A DNA stretch of 64,000 nucleotides. Source: Escherichia coli. Lineage in GTDB: Bacteria; Pseudomonadota; Gammaproteobacteria; Enterobacterales; Enterobacteriaceae. This document shows positions 10,728 to 19,734 of the stretch, piece by piece. The notes under the pieces were generated by a model that saw nothing but the letters and a program-made list of their open reading frames with translations, was not told where the DNA came from and searched no databases. The position numbers were made by a program, and so were the translations under genes. The stretch is taken from assembly GCF_051903065.1 (NCBI RefSeq), contig NZ_CP178438.1, one strand, 5' to 3'. Each line of letters opens with the position of its first letter. Positions within the stretch are counted from its first letter, which is position 1.

Positions 10728-11665
10728 GCCGGGGCGTCTCCGTTATAGACTTCAGCGAGGATCTCGCGCGCGCCGTTATTCAGTAGCTCTTCTGCCAGCG
10801 AAATCCCCATTTGTTCGGCATCTTGCGGCGCACCGCGGCGTTCACCGCGAATAATCTGCGAACCGTCCGGCGCGCCGACCAGCGCACGCAGCCAGATTTC
10901 GCCATCAATAAGCTCGGCGTAGCTACCAATTGGCACCTGACATCCGCCTTCGAGACGGGTATTCATGGCGCGTTCTGCGGTAACGCGCAGTGCAGTTTCG
11001 TGGTGATTCAGCGCGGCAAGCAGCTCGCGAGTGCGTGAATCATCAAGGCGGCATTCAATACCGACTGCACCTTGTCCTACCGCCGGAAGAGAAATCTCGG
11101 GTGGCAACGCGGCGCGAATGCGGGACTCCAGACCTAAACGTTTTAGTCCGGCTACGGCAAGAATGATGGCATCGTATTCGCCGTTATCCAGTTTGCTCAG
11201 GCGAGTGCCGACGTTGCCGCGCAGGGAGCGGATAATCAGATCCGGGCGGCGTTCAGCCAGTTGGCACTGGCGACGTAAACTGGACGTCCCGACGATACTG
11301 CCTGCCGGTAACGCATCCAGACTGTCATAGTTATTGGACACAAAGGCATCGCGAGGATCTTCACGCTCACAAATAGTGACCAGTCCCAGACCTTGCGGGA
11401 ATTCAACCGGCACATCTTTCATTGAGTGTACGGCGATATCGGCGCGATTTTCGAGGAGCGCGACTTCCAGCTCTTTTACAAATAAGCCTTTTCCGCCTAC
11501 TTTCGCCAGCGGCGTATCAAGAATCACATCGCCGCGCGTCACCATCGGTACCAGTTCAACGACCAGGCCCGGATGGCTCGCCATCAACTTGTCTTTGACA
11601 TAGTGTGCCTGCCAGAGTGCAAGTGGGCTTTGGCGTGTGGCAATTCTTAAAACATTGTCTAACAT
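10724..11665 (-). CDS. hemC: Porphobilinogen deaminase (hydroxymethylbilane synthase), 313 aa
   Basis: Start trimmed to the ATG giving [19 protein letters not shown]...; the track ORF extends 7 codons further to 11686, an alternative start. Confidence 0.85.
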
Positions 11666-12051
11666 GCTTGTTACCGTCATTATCATCCGTGGTCCATCCT
11701 AACATCCTTGCCAGAGTGATGTCAGTGTTGTGGTGAAACGTAGACGCCTGCGCAAACCGTAAAATGAGGTCTGGCAGTGGATCCTGACAGGCGTTTCACG
11801 CCGTCGTAATAAGGAATTTACAGAGAATAAACGGTGCTACACTTGTATGTAGCGCATCTTTCTTTACGGTCAATCAGCAAGGTGTTAAATTGATCACGTT
11901 TTAGACCATTTTTTCGTCGTGAAACTAAAAAAACCAGGCGCGAAAAGTGGTAACGGTTACCTTTGACATACGAAATATCCCGAATGCCGCGTGTTACCGT
12001 TGATGTTGGCGGAATCACAGTCATGACGGGTAGCAAATCAGGCGATACGTC

Positions 12052-14598
12052 TTGTACCTCTATATTGAGACTCTGAAACAGAGACTGGATGCCATAAATC
12101 AATTGCGTGTGGATCGCGCGCTTGCTGCTATGGGGCCTGCATTCCAACAGGTCTACAGTCTACTGCCGACATTGTTGCACTATCACCATCCGCTAATGCC
12201 GGGTTACCTTGATGGTAACGTTCCCAAAGGCATTTGCCTTTACACGCCTGATGAAACTCAACGCCACTACCTGAACGAGCTTGAACTGTATCGTGGAATG
12301 TCAGTACAGGACCCGCCGAAAGGTGAGCTTCCAATTACTGGTGTATACACCATGGGCAGCACTTCGTCCGTAGGGCAAAGTTGTTCCTCTGACCTGGATA
12401 TCTGGGTCTGTCATCAATCCTGGCTCGATAGCGAAGAGCGCCAGTTGCTACAACGTAAATGTAGCCTGCTGGAAAGCTGGGCCGCCTCGCTGGGTGTGGA
12501 AGTCAGCTTCTTCCTGATTGATGAAAACCGCTTCCGTCATAATGAAAGTGGCAGTCTGGGGGGCGAAGATTGTGGCTCCACCCAGCATATACTGTTGCTT
12601 GACGAATTTTATCGTACCGCCGTGCGTCTCGCCGGTAAGCGTATTCTGTGGAATATGGTGCCGTGCGACGAAGAAGAGCATTACGACGACTATGTGATGA
12701 CGCTTTACGCGCAGGGCGTGCTGACGCCAAATGAATGGCTGGATCTCGGTGGCTTAAGCTCGCTTTCTGCTGAAGAGTACTTTGGTGCCAGCCTTTGGCA
12801 GCTCTACAAGAGTATCGATTCCCCATACAAAGCGGTACTGAAAACACTGCTGCTGGAAGCCTATTCCTGGGAATACCCGAACCCACGTCTGCTGGCGAAA
12901 GATATCAAACAGCGTTTGCACGACGGCGAGATTGTATCGTTTGGCCTCGATCCGTACTGCATGATGCTGGAGCGAGTTACTGAATACCTGACGGCGATTG
13001 AAGATTTCACCCGTCTGGATTTAGTACGTCGCTGCTTCTATTTAAAAGTGTGCGAAAAGCTCAGCCGTGAACGCGCCTGTGTAGGCTGGCGTCGCGCAGT
13101 GTTGAGCCAGTTAGTGAGCGAGTGGGGTTGGGACGAAGCTCGTCTGGCAATGCTCGATAACCGCGCTAACTGGAAGATTGATCAGGTGCGTGAGGCGCAC
13201 AACGAGTTGCTCGACGCGATGATGCAGAGCTACCGTAATCTGATCCGCTTTGCGCGTCGCAATAACCTTAGCGTCTCCGCCAGTCCGCAGGATATCGGCG
13301 TGCTGACGCGTAAGCTGTATGCCGCGTTTGAAGCATTACCAGGTAAAGTGACGCTGGTAAACCCGCAGATTTCACCCGATCTCTCGGAACCGAATCTGAC
13401 CTTTATTTATGTGCCGCCGGGCCGAGCTAACCGTTCAGGTTGGTATCTGTATAACCGCGCGCCAAATATTGAGTCGATCATCAGCCATCAGCCGCTGGAA
13501 TATAACCGTTACCTGAATAAACTGGTGGCGTGGGCATGGTTTAACGGCCTGCTGACCTCGCGCACCCGCTTGTATATTAAAGGTAACGGCATTGTCGATT
13601 TGCCTAAGTTGCAGGAGATGGTCGCCGACGTGTCGCACCATTTCCCGCTGCGCTTACCTGCACCGACACCGAAGGCGCTCTACAGCCCGTGTGAGATCCG
13701 CCATCTGGCGATTATCGTTAACCTGGAATATGACCCGACAGCTGCGTTCCGCAATCAGGTGGTGCATTTCGATTTCCGTAAGCTGGATGTCTTCAGCTTT
13801 GGCGAGAATCAAAATTGCCTGGTAGGTAGCGTTGACCTGCTGTATCGCAACTCGTGGAATGAAGTGCGTACGCTGCACTTCAACGGCGAGCAATCGATGA
13901 TCGAAGCCCTGAAAACTATTCTCGGCAAAATGCATCAGGACGCCGCACCGCCAGATAGCGTGGAAGTCTTCTGTTATAGCCAGCATCTGCGCGGCTTAAT
14001 TCGTACTCGCGTGCAGCAACTGGTTTCTGAGTGTATTGAATTGCGTCTTTCCAGCACCCGCCAGGAAACCGGGCGTTTCAAGGCGCTGCGCGTTTCTGGT
14101 CAAACCTGGGGCTTGTTCTTCGAACGCCTGAATGTATCGGTACAGAAACTGGAGAACGCCATCGAGTTTTATGGCGCTATTTCGCATAACAAACTGCACG
14201 GCCTGTCAGTGCAGGTTGAAACCAATCACGTCAAATTACCGGCGGTGGTGGACGGCTTTGCCAGCGAAGGGATCATCCAATTCTTCTTCGAAGAAACGCA
14301 AGACGAGAATGGCTTTAATATCTACATTCTCGACGAAAGCAACCGGGTTGAGGTGTATCACCACTGCGAAGGCAGCAAAGAGGAGCTGGTACGTGACGTC
14401 AGTCGCTTCTACTCGTCATCGCATGACCGTTTTACCTACGGCTCAAGCTTCATCAACTTCAACCTGCCGCAGTTCTATCAGATTGTGAAGGTTGATGGTC
14501 GTGAACAGGTGATTCCGTTCCGCACAAAATCTATCGGTAACATGCCGCCTGCCAATCAGGATCACGATACGCCGCTATTACAGCAGTATTTTTCGTGA
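12052..14598 (+). CDS. cyaA: Adenylate cyclase, 848 aa, TTG start codon
   Basis: Codon at 12052-12054 is TTG; product begins [18 protein letters not shown]...; divergent from hemC. Confidence 0.9.
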   Translation: MYLYIETLKQRLDAINQLRVDRALAAMGPAFQQVYSLLPTLLHYHHPLMPGYLDGNVPKGICLYTPDETQRHYLNELELYRGMSVQDPPKGELPITGVYTMGSTSSVGQSCSSDLDIWVCHQSWLDSEERQLLQRKCSLLESWAASLGVEVSFFLIDENRFRHNESGSLGGEDCGSTQHILLLDEFYRTAVRLAGKRILWNMVPCDEEEHYDDYVMTLYAQGVLTPNEWLDLGGLSSLSAEEYFGASLWQLYKSIDSPYKAVLKTLLLEAYSWEYPNPRLLAKDIKQRLHDGEIVSFGLDPYCMMLERVTEYLTAIEDFTRLDLVRRCFYLKVCEKLSRERACVGWRRAVLSQLVSEWGWDEARLAMLDNRANWKIDQVREAHNELLDAMMQSYRNLIRFARRNNLSVSASPQDIGVLTRKLYAAFEALPGKVTLVNPQISPDLSEPNLTFIYVPPGRANRSGWYLYNRAPNIESIISHQPLEYNRYLNKLVAWAWFNGLLTSRTRLYIKGNGIVDLPKLQEMVADVSHHFPLRLPAPTPKALYSPCEIRHLAIIVNLEYDPTAAFRNQVVHFDFRKLDVFSFGENQNCLVGSVDLLYRNSWNEVRTLHFNGEQSMIEALKTILGKMHQDAAPPDSVEVFCYSQHLRGLIRTRVQQLVSECIELRLSSTRQETGRFKALRVSGQTWGLFFERLNVSVQKLENAIEFYGAISHNKLHGLSVQVETNHVKLPAVVDGFASEGIIQFFFEETQDENGFNIYILDESNRVEVYHHCEGSKEELVRDVSRFYSSSHDRFTYGSSFINFNLPQFYQIVKVDGREQVIPFRTKSIGNMPPANQDHDTPLLQQYFS

Positions 14599-14637
14599 TG
14601 AACGTGCCGGAAAGCGAGGCTTATCCGGCATGCAATC

Positions 14638-14958
14638 TTAGCGGAAACTGACTGTTTCACCCGCCTGCTGCGTCGCCGCCTGTTCCAGCAAATCCCAGAA
14701 GGTTTCGCCGCTGCGATCGCAAATCCACTCATCGCCTTTCAGATCAAAATGGTAGCCGCCTTGTTTGGTTGCCAGCCATACCTGGTGCAGCGGTTCCTGG
14801 CGGTTGATAATGATTTTGCTGCCATTCTCAAAGGTAATGGTCAGCACGCCGCCGTTGATTTCGCAGTCGATATCGCTGTCGCCATCCCAGTCGTCCAGGC
14901 GTTCTTCAATGGTCAGCCAGAGTTGATCAGCCAGGCGATGAAATTCACTGTCGTTCAT
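14638..14958 (-). CDS. cyaY: Frataxin-like iron-binding protein CyaY, 106 aa
   Basis: 106-aa acidic protein convergent with cyaA. Confidence 0.9.
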
Positions 14959-15040
14959 TGTTGTATCCTGTTTTTAAGTGATGGCGGCAGTATAAGTTGT
15001 TTCGTCTAACAGTGAAATCAACATGGTTCGGCTATAAAAC

Positions 15041-15466
15041 TTAACCTACATACCTCGTCCCATTCCAACGCAAGATTGTATCCTCGTCGCATAAAAGGTT
15101 GTGTACGCCATGATTCTTTTCTTTCATCAGGCTGATTTTGCTACAAAAATAATCAATGTTAATTTTGGAGTTATCCGGGGTCATAATACTGCAAGCCATA
15201 GTTGGTGCGTCACTCGCGGTATATCCACAATCGTCTTTCCCGCAGGCAGCGGGAGGCGTGGAGGGTGAATACGTGCAGTTAAGCGTTTCGGAAATGCCAT
15301 CATCGTTAATGTCGAGGGGACGGCTAATCTCATCGCTGTCAGTGCCTAATGTGGTTGCATCCAGGATGACGTTTGGTTTTTGTATCTCGCTTGTGGCCGC
15401 GTAATTGAAGCTGCTTGCGGCCATTATGCCTAGAGCTATGCCAATCCGTAAGGCTATTTTTTGCAT
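15041..15466 (-). CDS. Small secreted cysteine-rich hypothetical protein, 141 aa (island gene A)
   Basis: ATG with GAGGA RBS upstream; N-terminal signal peptide (ALGIMAASSFNYAA); six Cys in the mature part; start overlaps the stop of gene B; AT-rich. Confidence 0.6.
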   Translation of the reverse strand: MQKIALRIGIALGIMAASSFNYAATSEIQKPNVILDATTLGTDSDEISRPLDINDDGISETLNCTYSPSTPPAACGKDDCGYTASDAPTMACSIMTPDNSKINIDYFCSKISLMKEKNHGVHNLLCDEDTILRWNGTRYVG

Positions 15467-16749
15467 CCTGGTTCCTCTGTAATAATCATAATGTCTCTGT
15501 TTTGAACTTCACGCACATTCTCTTCTCTGACACGAGTTTTCGCCGGACAGGGGGATGGCGTAATCCTGACCTCTGTATCGGTCCAGGTATAAACATTGCG
15601 ATCGTCATAAGCGAAGCGATCGTTTTTAATTAGCGGGCCGTTAGTTGGAATAATTTGCACGCTCTTTGACCGTAATTGGCGGATAAAGTAAACATGTTGT
15701 TTGCCGCCATTAAATGAGTTATCAATGACCAGGTCTGGCGAATCCAGCGGAATTATTTCAAGCTGGTCTTCACCAAAAGTCGATAATTTTGTTACATACA
15801 GACGATCTTTATACTGCGCAATATTGCCAGTAATCAGATGAAATTGTTCAGGTTCAATATCCGGTAGGTCTATCCACTTGCTCCACTGACGGTCGGGCGA
15901 GAGCTGTTTACGCCAGCGAACGCGACTTTCCCCCACTTCAAAAGAGACGTCATCATCTACGGGTATCGCTTTGCCAGATAATTGCCCAAAGGGATAACGA
16001 TGCAGACCATTGTTGTCGCGAAAAACCAGCAGTGAATGAGGTATCCAGCGAATTATCTCAAATGAGTCTGCATTCGCCGTAAGGTGAACGCCATTTAAAT
16101 AAATATTCTGCCCACTGCGGATAAGCAGATCATTGGAATACAAATTTCTGTTTACACTCATAAGACGTGGATTAATACCCCACCATCTTTTTTCTAATAC
16201 AGTAACATTACTGCTGCTCCCCTGACGTCGACCGGACAAATAGAGATTTTTACTATCCACCAGCGTGGTAGAGTTACCTTCGATAGCTTTTAGTGTCGCC
16301 AGATCAACACGTGACGCGCCGCTATTACTTTCGGTGCGCTGTCCATCAAAATAGAGGCTATATTTATCGACCGCGAAGCGGCCCATAGCCTGAAAGCTGG
16401 CAATATCGACAGTGGGTATTCCCGGTGGATTGCTAACGATTTTGCCACGCCAGAGAATAACGCGGCCGTCTGTCACCCAGTGGTATTCCTCATTTTTTAT
16501 GCTTATTTCATCGGTGGGTATATAGCCTTCCACTAACTCCCGCTCCCCGGATATATTTGTCACAAGGCGCAAATCGGCTCTGTTCATCTTCGGAAATTGG
16601 GCAATGATTTTCTCATCCTCCCCATAACCTTTACCGTAAGACATGACACCGTGATCATTGTAATAGTCGAACCCTATGGCCTGTACAGCAGGTGTCAGAA
16701 ATGTGTGCCCCAACAGGATGAGTGCAACTGTGATTATTTGACCATTCAT
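15454..16749 (-). CDS. Secreted repeat protein, DKNYY-like family, 431 aa (island gene B)
   Basis: Signal peptide; repeated motifs DKYSLYFDG, SKNLYLSG, GQNIYLNG, ANADSFEII; paralogous to the upstream 502-aa gene; ATGA overlap with that gene's stop. Confidence 0.8.
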   Translation of the reverse strand: MNGQIITVALILLGHTFLTPAVQAIGFDYYNDHGVMSYGKGYGEDEKIIAQFPKMNRADLRLVTNISGERELVEGYIPTDEISIKNEEYHWVTDGRVILWRGKIVSNPPGIPTVDIASFQAMGRFAVDKYSLYFDGQRTESNSGASRVDLATLKAIEGNSTTLVDSKNLYLSGRRQGSSSNVTVLEKRWWGINPRLMSVNRNLYSNDLLIRSGQNIYLNGVHLTANADSFEIIRWIPHSLLVFRDNNGLHRYPFGQLSGKAIPVDDDVSFEVGESRVRWRKQLSPDRQWSKWIDLPDIEPEQFHLITGNIAQYKDRLYVTKLSTFGEDQLEIIPLDSPDLVIDNSFNGGKQHVYFIRQLRSKSVQIIPTNGPLIKNDRFAYDDRNVYTWTDTEVRITPSPCPAKTRVREENVREVQNRDIMIITEEPGCKK

Positions 16750-18254
16750 TTTGTCGCCTCATTGCGCGGGGCAGGAATAAATTCGCCGTCATCGGTAATT
16801 TTTCCGTCCAGATATCCCGTTTTGTAATTTACCCCGTAGCCATATCCCGAATGTTGTTCCTTCCAGATTAAGCGAACTTGTTTCGGATCAGCGGTGCGGT
16901 ATCGCCAGAGCTGCGCGCCATCAAAGCTGTAAACGTAGCGGTTATCGCGGGCATACCATCTGCGCAAAAAGGGATGGTCATTAAGATGGGCTTCGCGTTC
17001 ATCCGGAGAACGGTTATCCAGTAAGATCAGCGGTCCGTCAGATTCAAACACGTGTAAACCGGAATGGTATGGCCACCCTTCGGCACGCGTAAGTAAATAG
17101 CCGTGGCGTTTCCCGGCGTTGAAACGTTTGTTGATAATAAGATTGGGATCATCAAGTTTCACGATCTCCAGCTTGCGGTCACCAGACTCTGTTTCGATGA
17201 TGGTATAAAGCGAGTCCTGATACTGTGCGACAGCATCACTGATGGGGTGAAACTGTTCCGGATCGAGTCCGGGTAATTCTTCCTGTTTACAGTCAGGCCC
17301 CTGACGCCAGAACACTTTCTTTTCCAGCAGAGAAAAATCCAGACAGTGCTTTGTTAAATCTTCATCCCACGCCAGATTTTCCTTGTCGAGGACTTTACGC
17401 TGCAGCCCGTTTTTATCACGCCAGGTCAAGAGTGAGCCGGGCATCCAGCGCACGACGGAAAAAGTGTCCGGGTCGGCATCAAGCTGTTCGCCGTTGATCA
17501 GGATTTTGGTTCTTGTACGAGCCAGGGTATCCCAGGGGCCAAATGGCATAGCCACACAGGGATTAAACGCGGTAGAAAACTTTCCTCTTTGATCCCATGA
17601 CTTTTGTGCCAGCACACGGAAACTCTCGGGGTCAGCGAGGCGATGCCCATCGACATATAAGAAATTAGCGTCACGTAATATCAGCCCCAGTAAGTCAGGA
17701 TCCCAGGGAGGCCGGAATTCCACCTGATGCAGTGTTTTGATATCTACGCTATTTCCCCCGCCATTGTCATCGGTGCGCTTGCCTTCGAAATAGAGACTGT
17801 GTTTATCTGCGGCAAAATCACCCCATGCCTTGAACGAGGCGACATCGACGGGAGGTTTGTCTGGCGGGTTTTGCACAACTTCACCCGCGTAGAGGATATT
17901 GCGGCCATCGCTATGCCAGGAGTAATGAGGATACCAGGCTTGTGCGCCTTCATAGAGGTAGTCGGTTGTTAGATCAGTCAGAGGTGGTTCTTTATTCCAT
18001 TCATCTTGTGTTGTTGGGTCTATTAATAAATTGGGTAAACGGCGCAAACTCTTGTAATTCACGTCAGGTAGAGAAAGATTTGTTTCTTTATAAGGGCGCA
18101 GGTACACCACGCCTTTTCCCTGTTTCTGGTAAATATTATGTTCAGGTGCATCAAGCCGACATCCCCATGCCGACGATAAGAACAATGAACAAGCCAACAA
18201 ACAAACCACATTGCGATAGTGCATAAAGCCATCCTGGCGCGAGGTGTTGATCAC
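16746..18254 (-). CDS. Secreted repeat protein, DKNYY-like family, 502 aa as called (island gene C)
   Basis: GTG at 18254, or ATG at 18224 giving MHYRNVVCLLACSLFLSSAWG... signal peptide; motifs DKHSLYFEG, DANFLYVDG, ADPESFRVL, ADPDTFSVV; similar to gene B (e.g. NPPDKPPVDVASFKAWGDFAADKHSLYFEGKRT vs NPPGIPTVDIASFQAMGRFAVDKYSLYFDGQRT). Confidence 0.8.
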   Translation of the reverse strand: MINTSRQDGFMHYRNVVCLLACSLFLSSAWGCRLDAPEHNIYQKQGKGVVYLRPYKETNLSLPDVNYKSLRRLPNLLIDPTTQDEWNKEPPLTDLTTDYLYEGAQAWYPHYSWHSDGRNILYAGEVVQNPPDKPPVDVASFKAWGDFAADKHSLYFEGKRTDDNGGGNSVDIKTLHQVEFRPPWDPDLLGLILRDANFLYVDGHRLADPESFRVLAQKSWDQRGKFSTAFNPCVAMPFGPWDTLARTRTKILINGEQLDADPDTFSVVRWMPGSLLTWRDKNGLQRKVLDKENLAWDEDLTKHCLDFSLLEKKVFWRQGPDCKQEELPGLDPEQFHPISDAVAQYQDSLYTIIETESGDRKLEIVKLDDPNLIINKRFNAGKRHGYLLTRAEGWPYHSGLHVFESDGPLILLDNRSPDEREAHLNDHPFLRRWYARDNRYVYSFDGAQLWRYRTADPKQVRLIWKEQHSGYGYGVNYKTGYLDGKITDDGEFIPAPRNEATK

Positions 18255-18333
18255 GATACTGCCAGCAGAACATAAATCCTCACACGTAAGCGTAATTCTC
18301 GCGGCAAATCGTCACTTTTCAGAATCCATAAAG
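18163..18333. repeat. Copy 1 of a 171-bp direct repeat (promoter/leader/signal-peptide module), covering the 5' end of gene C
   Basis: About 93% identical to 19245-19415 at a constant offset of 1082 bp (ccccatgccgacgataa...cacttttcaga). Confidence 0.9.
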
Positions 18334-18590
18334 GTCATTGCTATTTTCTGATAGTTGCTGGGGTAAACGTGATGTTTTCATTCACGATATAAATACGAGG
18401 TACTGCGCCATGGTGTGACTGATCACGTTAAAATGTGCCGGGTTGACGCCGGGAAGGGGTTCAACATGCGACTCTGCCCCCGTTGCCTACTTTATTGTCT
18501 TTCGCGAGTTGTACCCATGTTCCACCACTGGTATCTAACATTCTCCACATTATTACGCTTTCTGCCGAATGTGATTTTTATAGAAATCTA

Positions 18591-19145
18591 TCAATTCATT
18601 TTCCCTGTGCCATAAATTTTATCCTTCACATCCTGCCGAACGCGGGTCTTGTACCCCCCGTTGTGAAGATCTTCATACGGAGAAAAAGAATCTTTACTCC
18701 ACCCCAGCAGCACTTTATCGCCAGGCATAAAATGCACATGCAGAAAATCTTCTCCCCATTCTCTTTTGGGGAGAGGTAACGTCATATTCCGTTTCTCCAG
18801 ACGCATTCCAGCATTATACTGTGTACGAGTAGTACTTAATGTCCAGATAACCTCTGCAGTATCCCCACTGACATCACCACAACAGGTTGTTGAACCTCCA
18901 CCATTTGCAAAAGCATTCGCGCCCGCCACGCCGTTAACACTGAATCCCAGTATCGGACGGTCAATTTCACTGTGGATTTCCAGAATCACTCCACCTCTTG
19001 GACCTCCCCATACTGCCTGCCCTATATTCCACAACACGACCAGTACTGGAACGACAATTAACGTCCGCCATACCCAGCGCCCCCAGCGGGCATAACCGCG
19101 CGTAAGCTTTTGGTCAAATTTTTCCAGTTGGGTAAATAGCCCCAT
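18591..19145 (-). CDS. DUF3304-like membrane-anchored protein, 184 aa (island gene D)
   Basis: ATG with AGGGA RBS upstream; N-terminal TM segment (WRTLIVVPVLVVLWNIG); motifs GFSVNGVAGANAFANGGGSTTCCGD and LHVHFMPGDKVLLGW resemble DUF3304 proteins as I recall them. Confidence 0.6.
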   Translation of the reverse strand: MGLFTQLEKFDQKLTRGYARWGRWVWRTLIVVPVLVVLWNIGQAVWGGPRGGVILEIHSEIDRPILGFSVNGVAGANAFANGGGSTTCCGDVSGDTAEVIWTLSTTRTQYNAGMRLEKRNMTLPLPKREWGEDFLHVHFMPGDKVLLGWSKDSFSPYEDLHNGGYKTRVRQDVKDKIYGTGKMN

Positions 19146-19244
19146 CAGATTTTATTCCCTCTTATCACCAGGTTGGCAAAGTTGTATGTCACTAGCGACT
19201 AAGGTCAGACAACGAAATTGCATGGTGCGCCACTCTATTAAAAG

Positions 19245-19415
19245 CCCCATGCCGACGATAAAAACAACGAACAAGCCAACAAACAAACCACATTGCGATA
19301 GTGCATAAAGCCATCCTGGCGCGAGGTGTTGATCACGAAACTGCCAGCAGAACATAAATCCTCACGAGTAAGCGTTATACTCGCAGCATTTCCTCACTTT
19401 TCAGACTTCATAAAG
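19245..19415. repeat. Copy 2 of the 171-bp direct repeat, upstream of gene D; holds a 32-codon stub of the gene C signal peptide
   Basis: Minus-strand reading from GTG at 19336 gives VINTSRQDGFMHYRNVVCLLACSLFLSSAWGF then a stop at 19238-19240. Confidence 0.9.
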
Positions 19416-19494
19416 AGTCGCTAAACGCTTGCTTTTACGCCTTCTCCTGCGATGATAGAAAGCAGAAAGCGATGAACTTTACAGGCAATCCATA

Positions 19495-19698
19495 ATGAAA
19501 AACGTGTTTAAGGCACTCACTGTATTACTTACTCTCTTCAGCCTGACGGGCTGCGGTCTGAAAGGTCCGCTCTATTTCCCGCCTGCAGATAAAAATGCAC
19601 CGCCGCCGACCAAACCGGTAGAGACGCAAACGCAATCCACGGTGCCGGATAAAAACGATCGCGCCACTGGCGATGGTCCATCCCAGGTGAATTACTAA
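19495..19698 (+). CDS. yifL: Small lipoprotein YifL, 67 aa
   Basis: Lipobox LTGC after a short signal peptide; Pro-rich; directly upstream of dapF. Confidence 0.85.
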   Translation: MKNVFKALTVLLTLFSLTGCGLKGPLYFPPADKNAPPPTKPVETQTQSTVPDKNDRATGDGPSQVNY

Positions 19699-19734
19699 AA
19701 GTCAGTTTCTGTACCCGCGTGATTGGAGTAAATG

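Noticed and set aside
14607-14632. REP element or terminator between convergent cyaA and cyaY
   Set aside because: Only a partial REP-like match (gccggaaagcgaggcttatccggc) with an imperfect stem and no flanking T-run; too weak to call
19152-19355. 67-aa minus-strand ORF upstream of gene D, in frame with it
   Set aside because: It is an alternative-frame reading of the duplicated signal-peptide module; the real coding frame of that module gives the truncated stub; a stop separates it from gene D
14959-19494. Prophage, IS element or integron explanation for the cyaY-yifL block
   Set aside because: No integrase, transposase, terminal inverted repeats, attachment-site-like tRNA duplication or attC-like structures found; the only repeat is the internal 171-bp direct repeat
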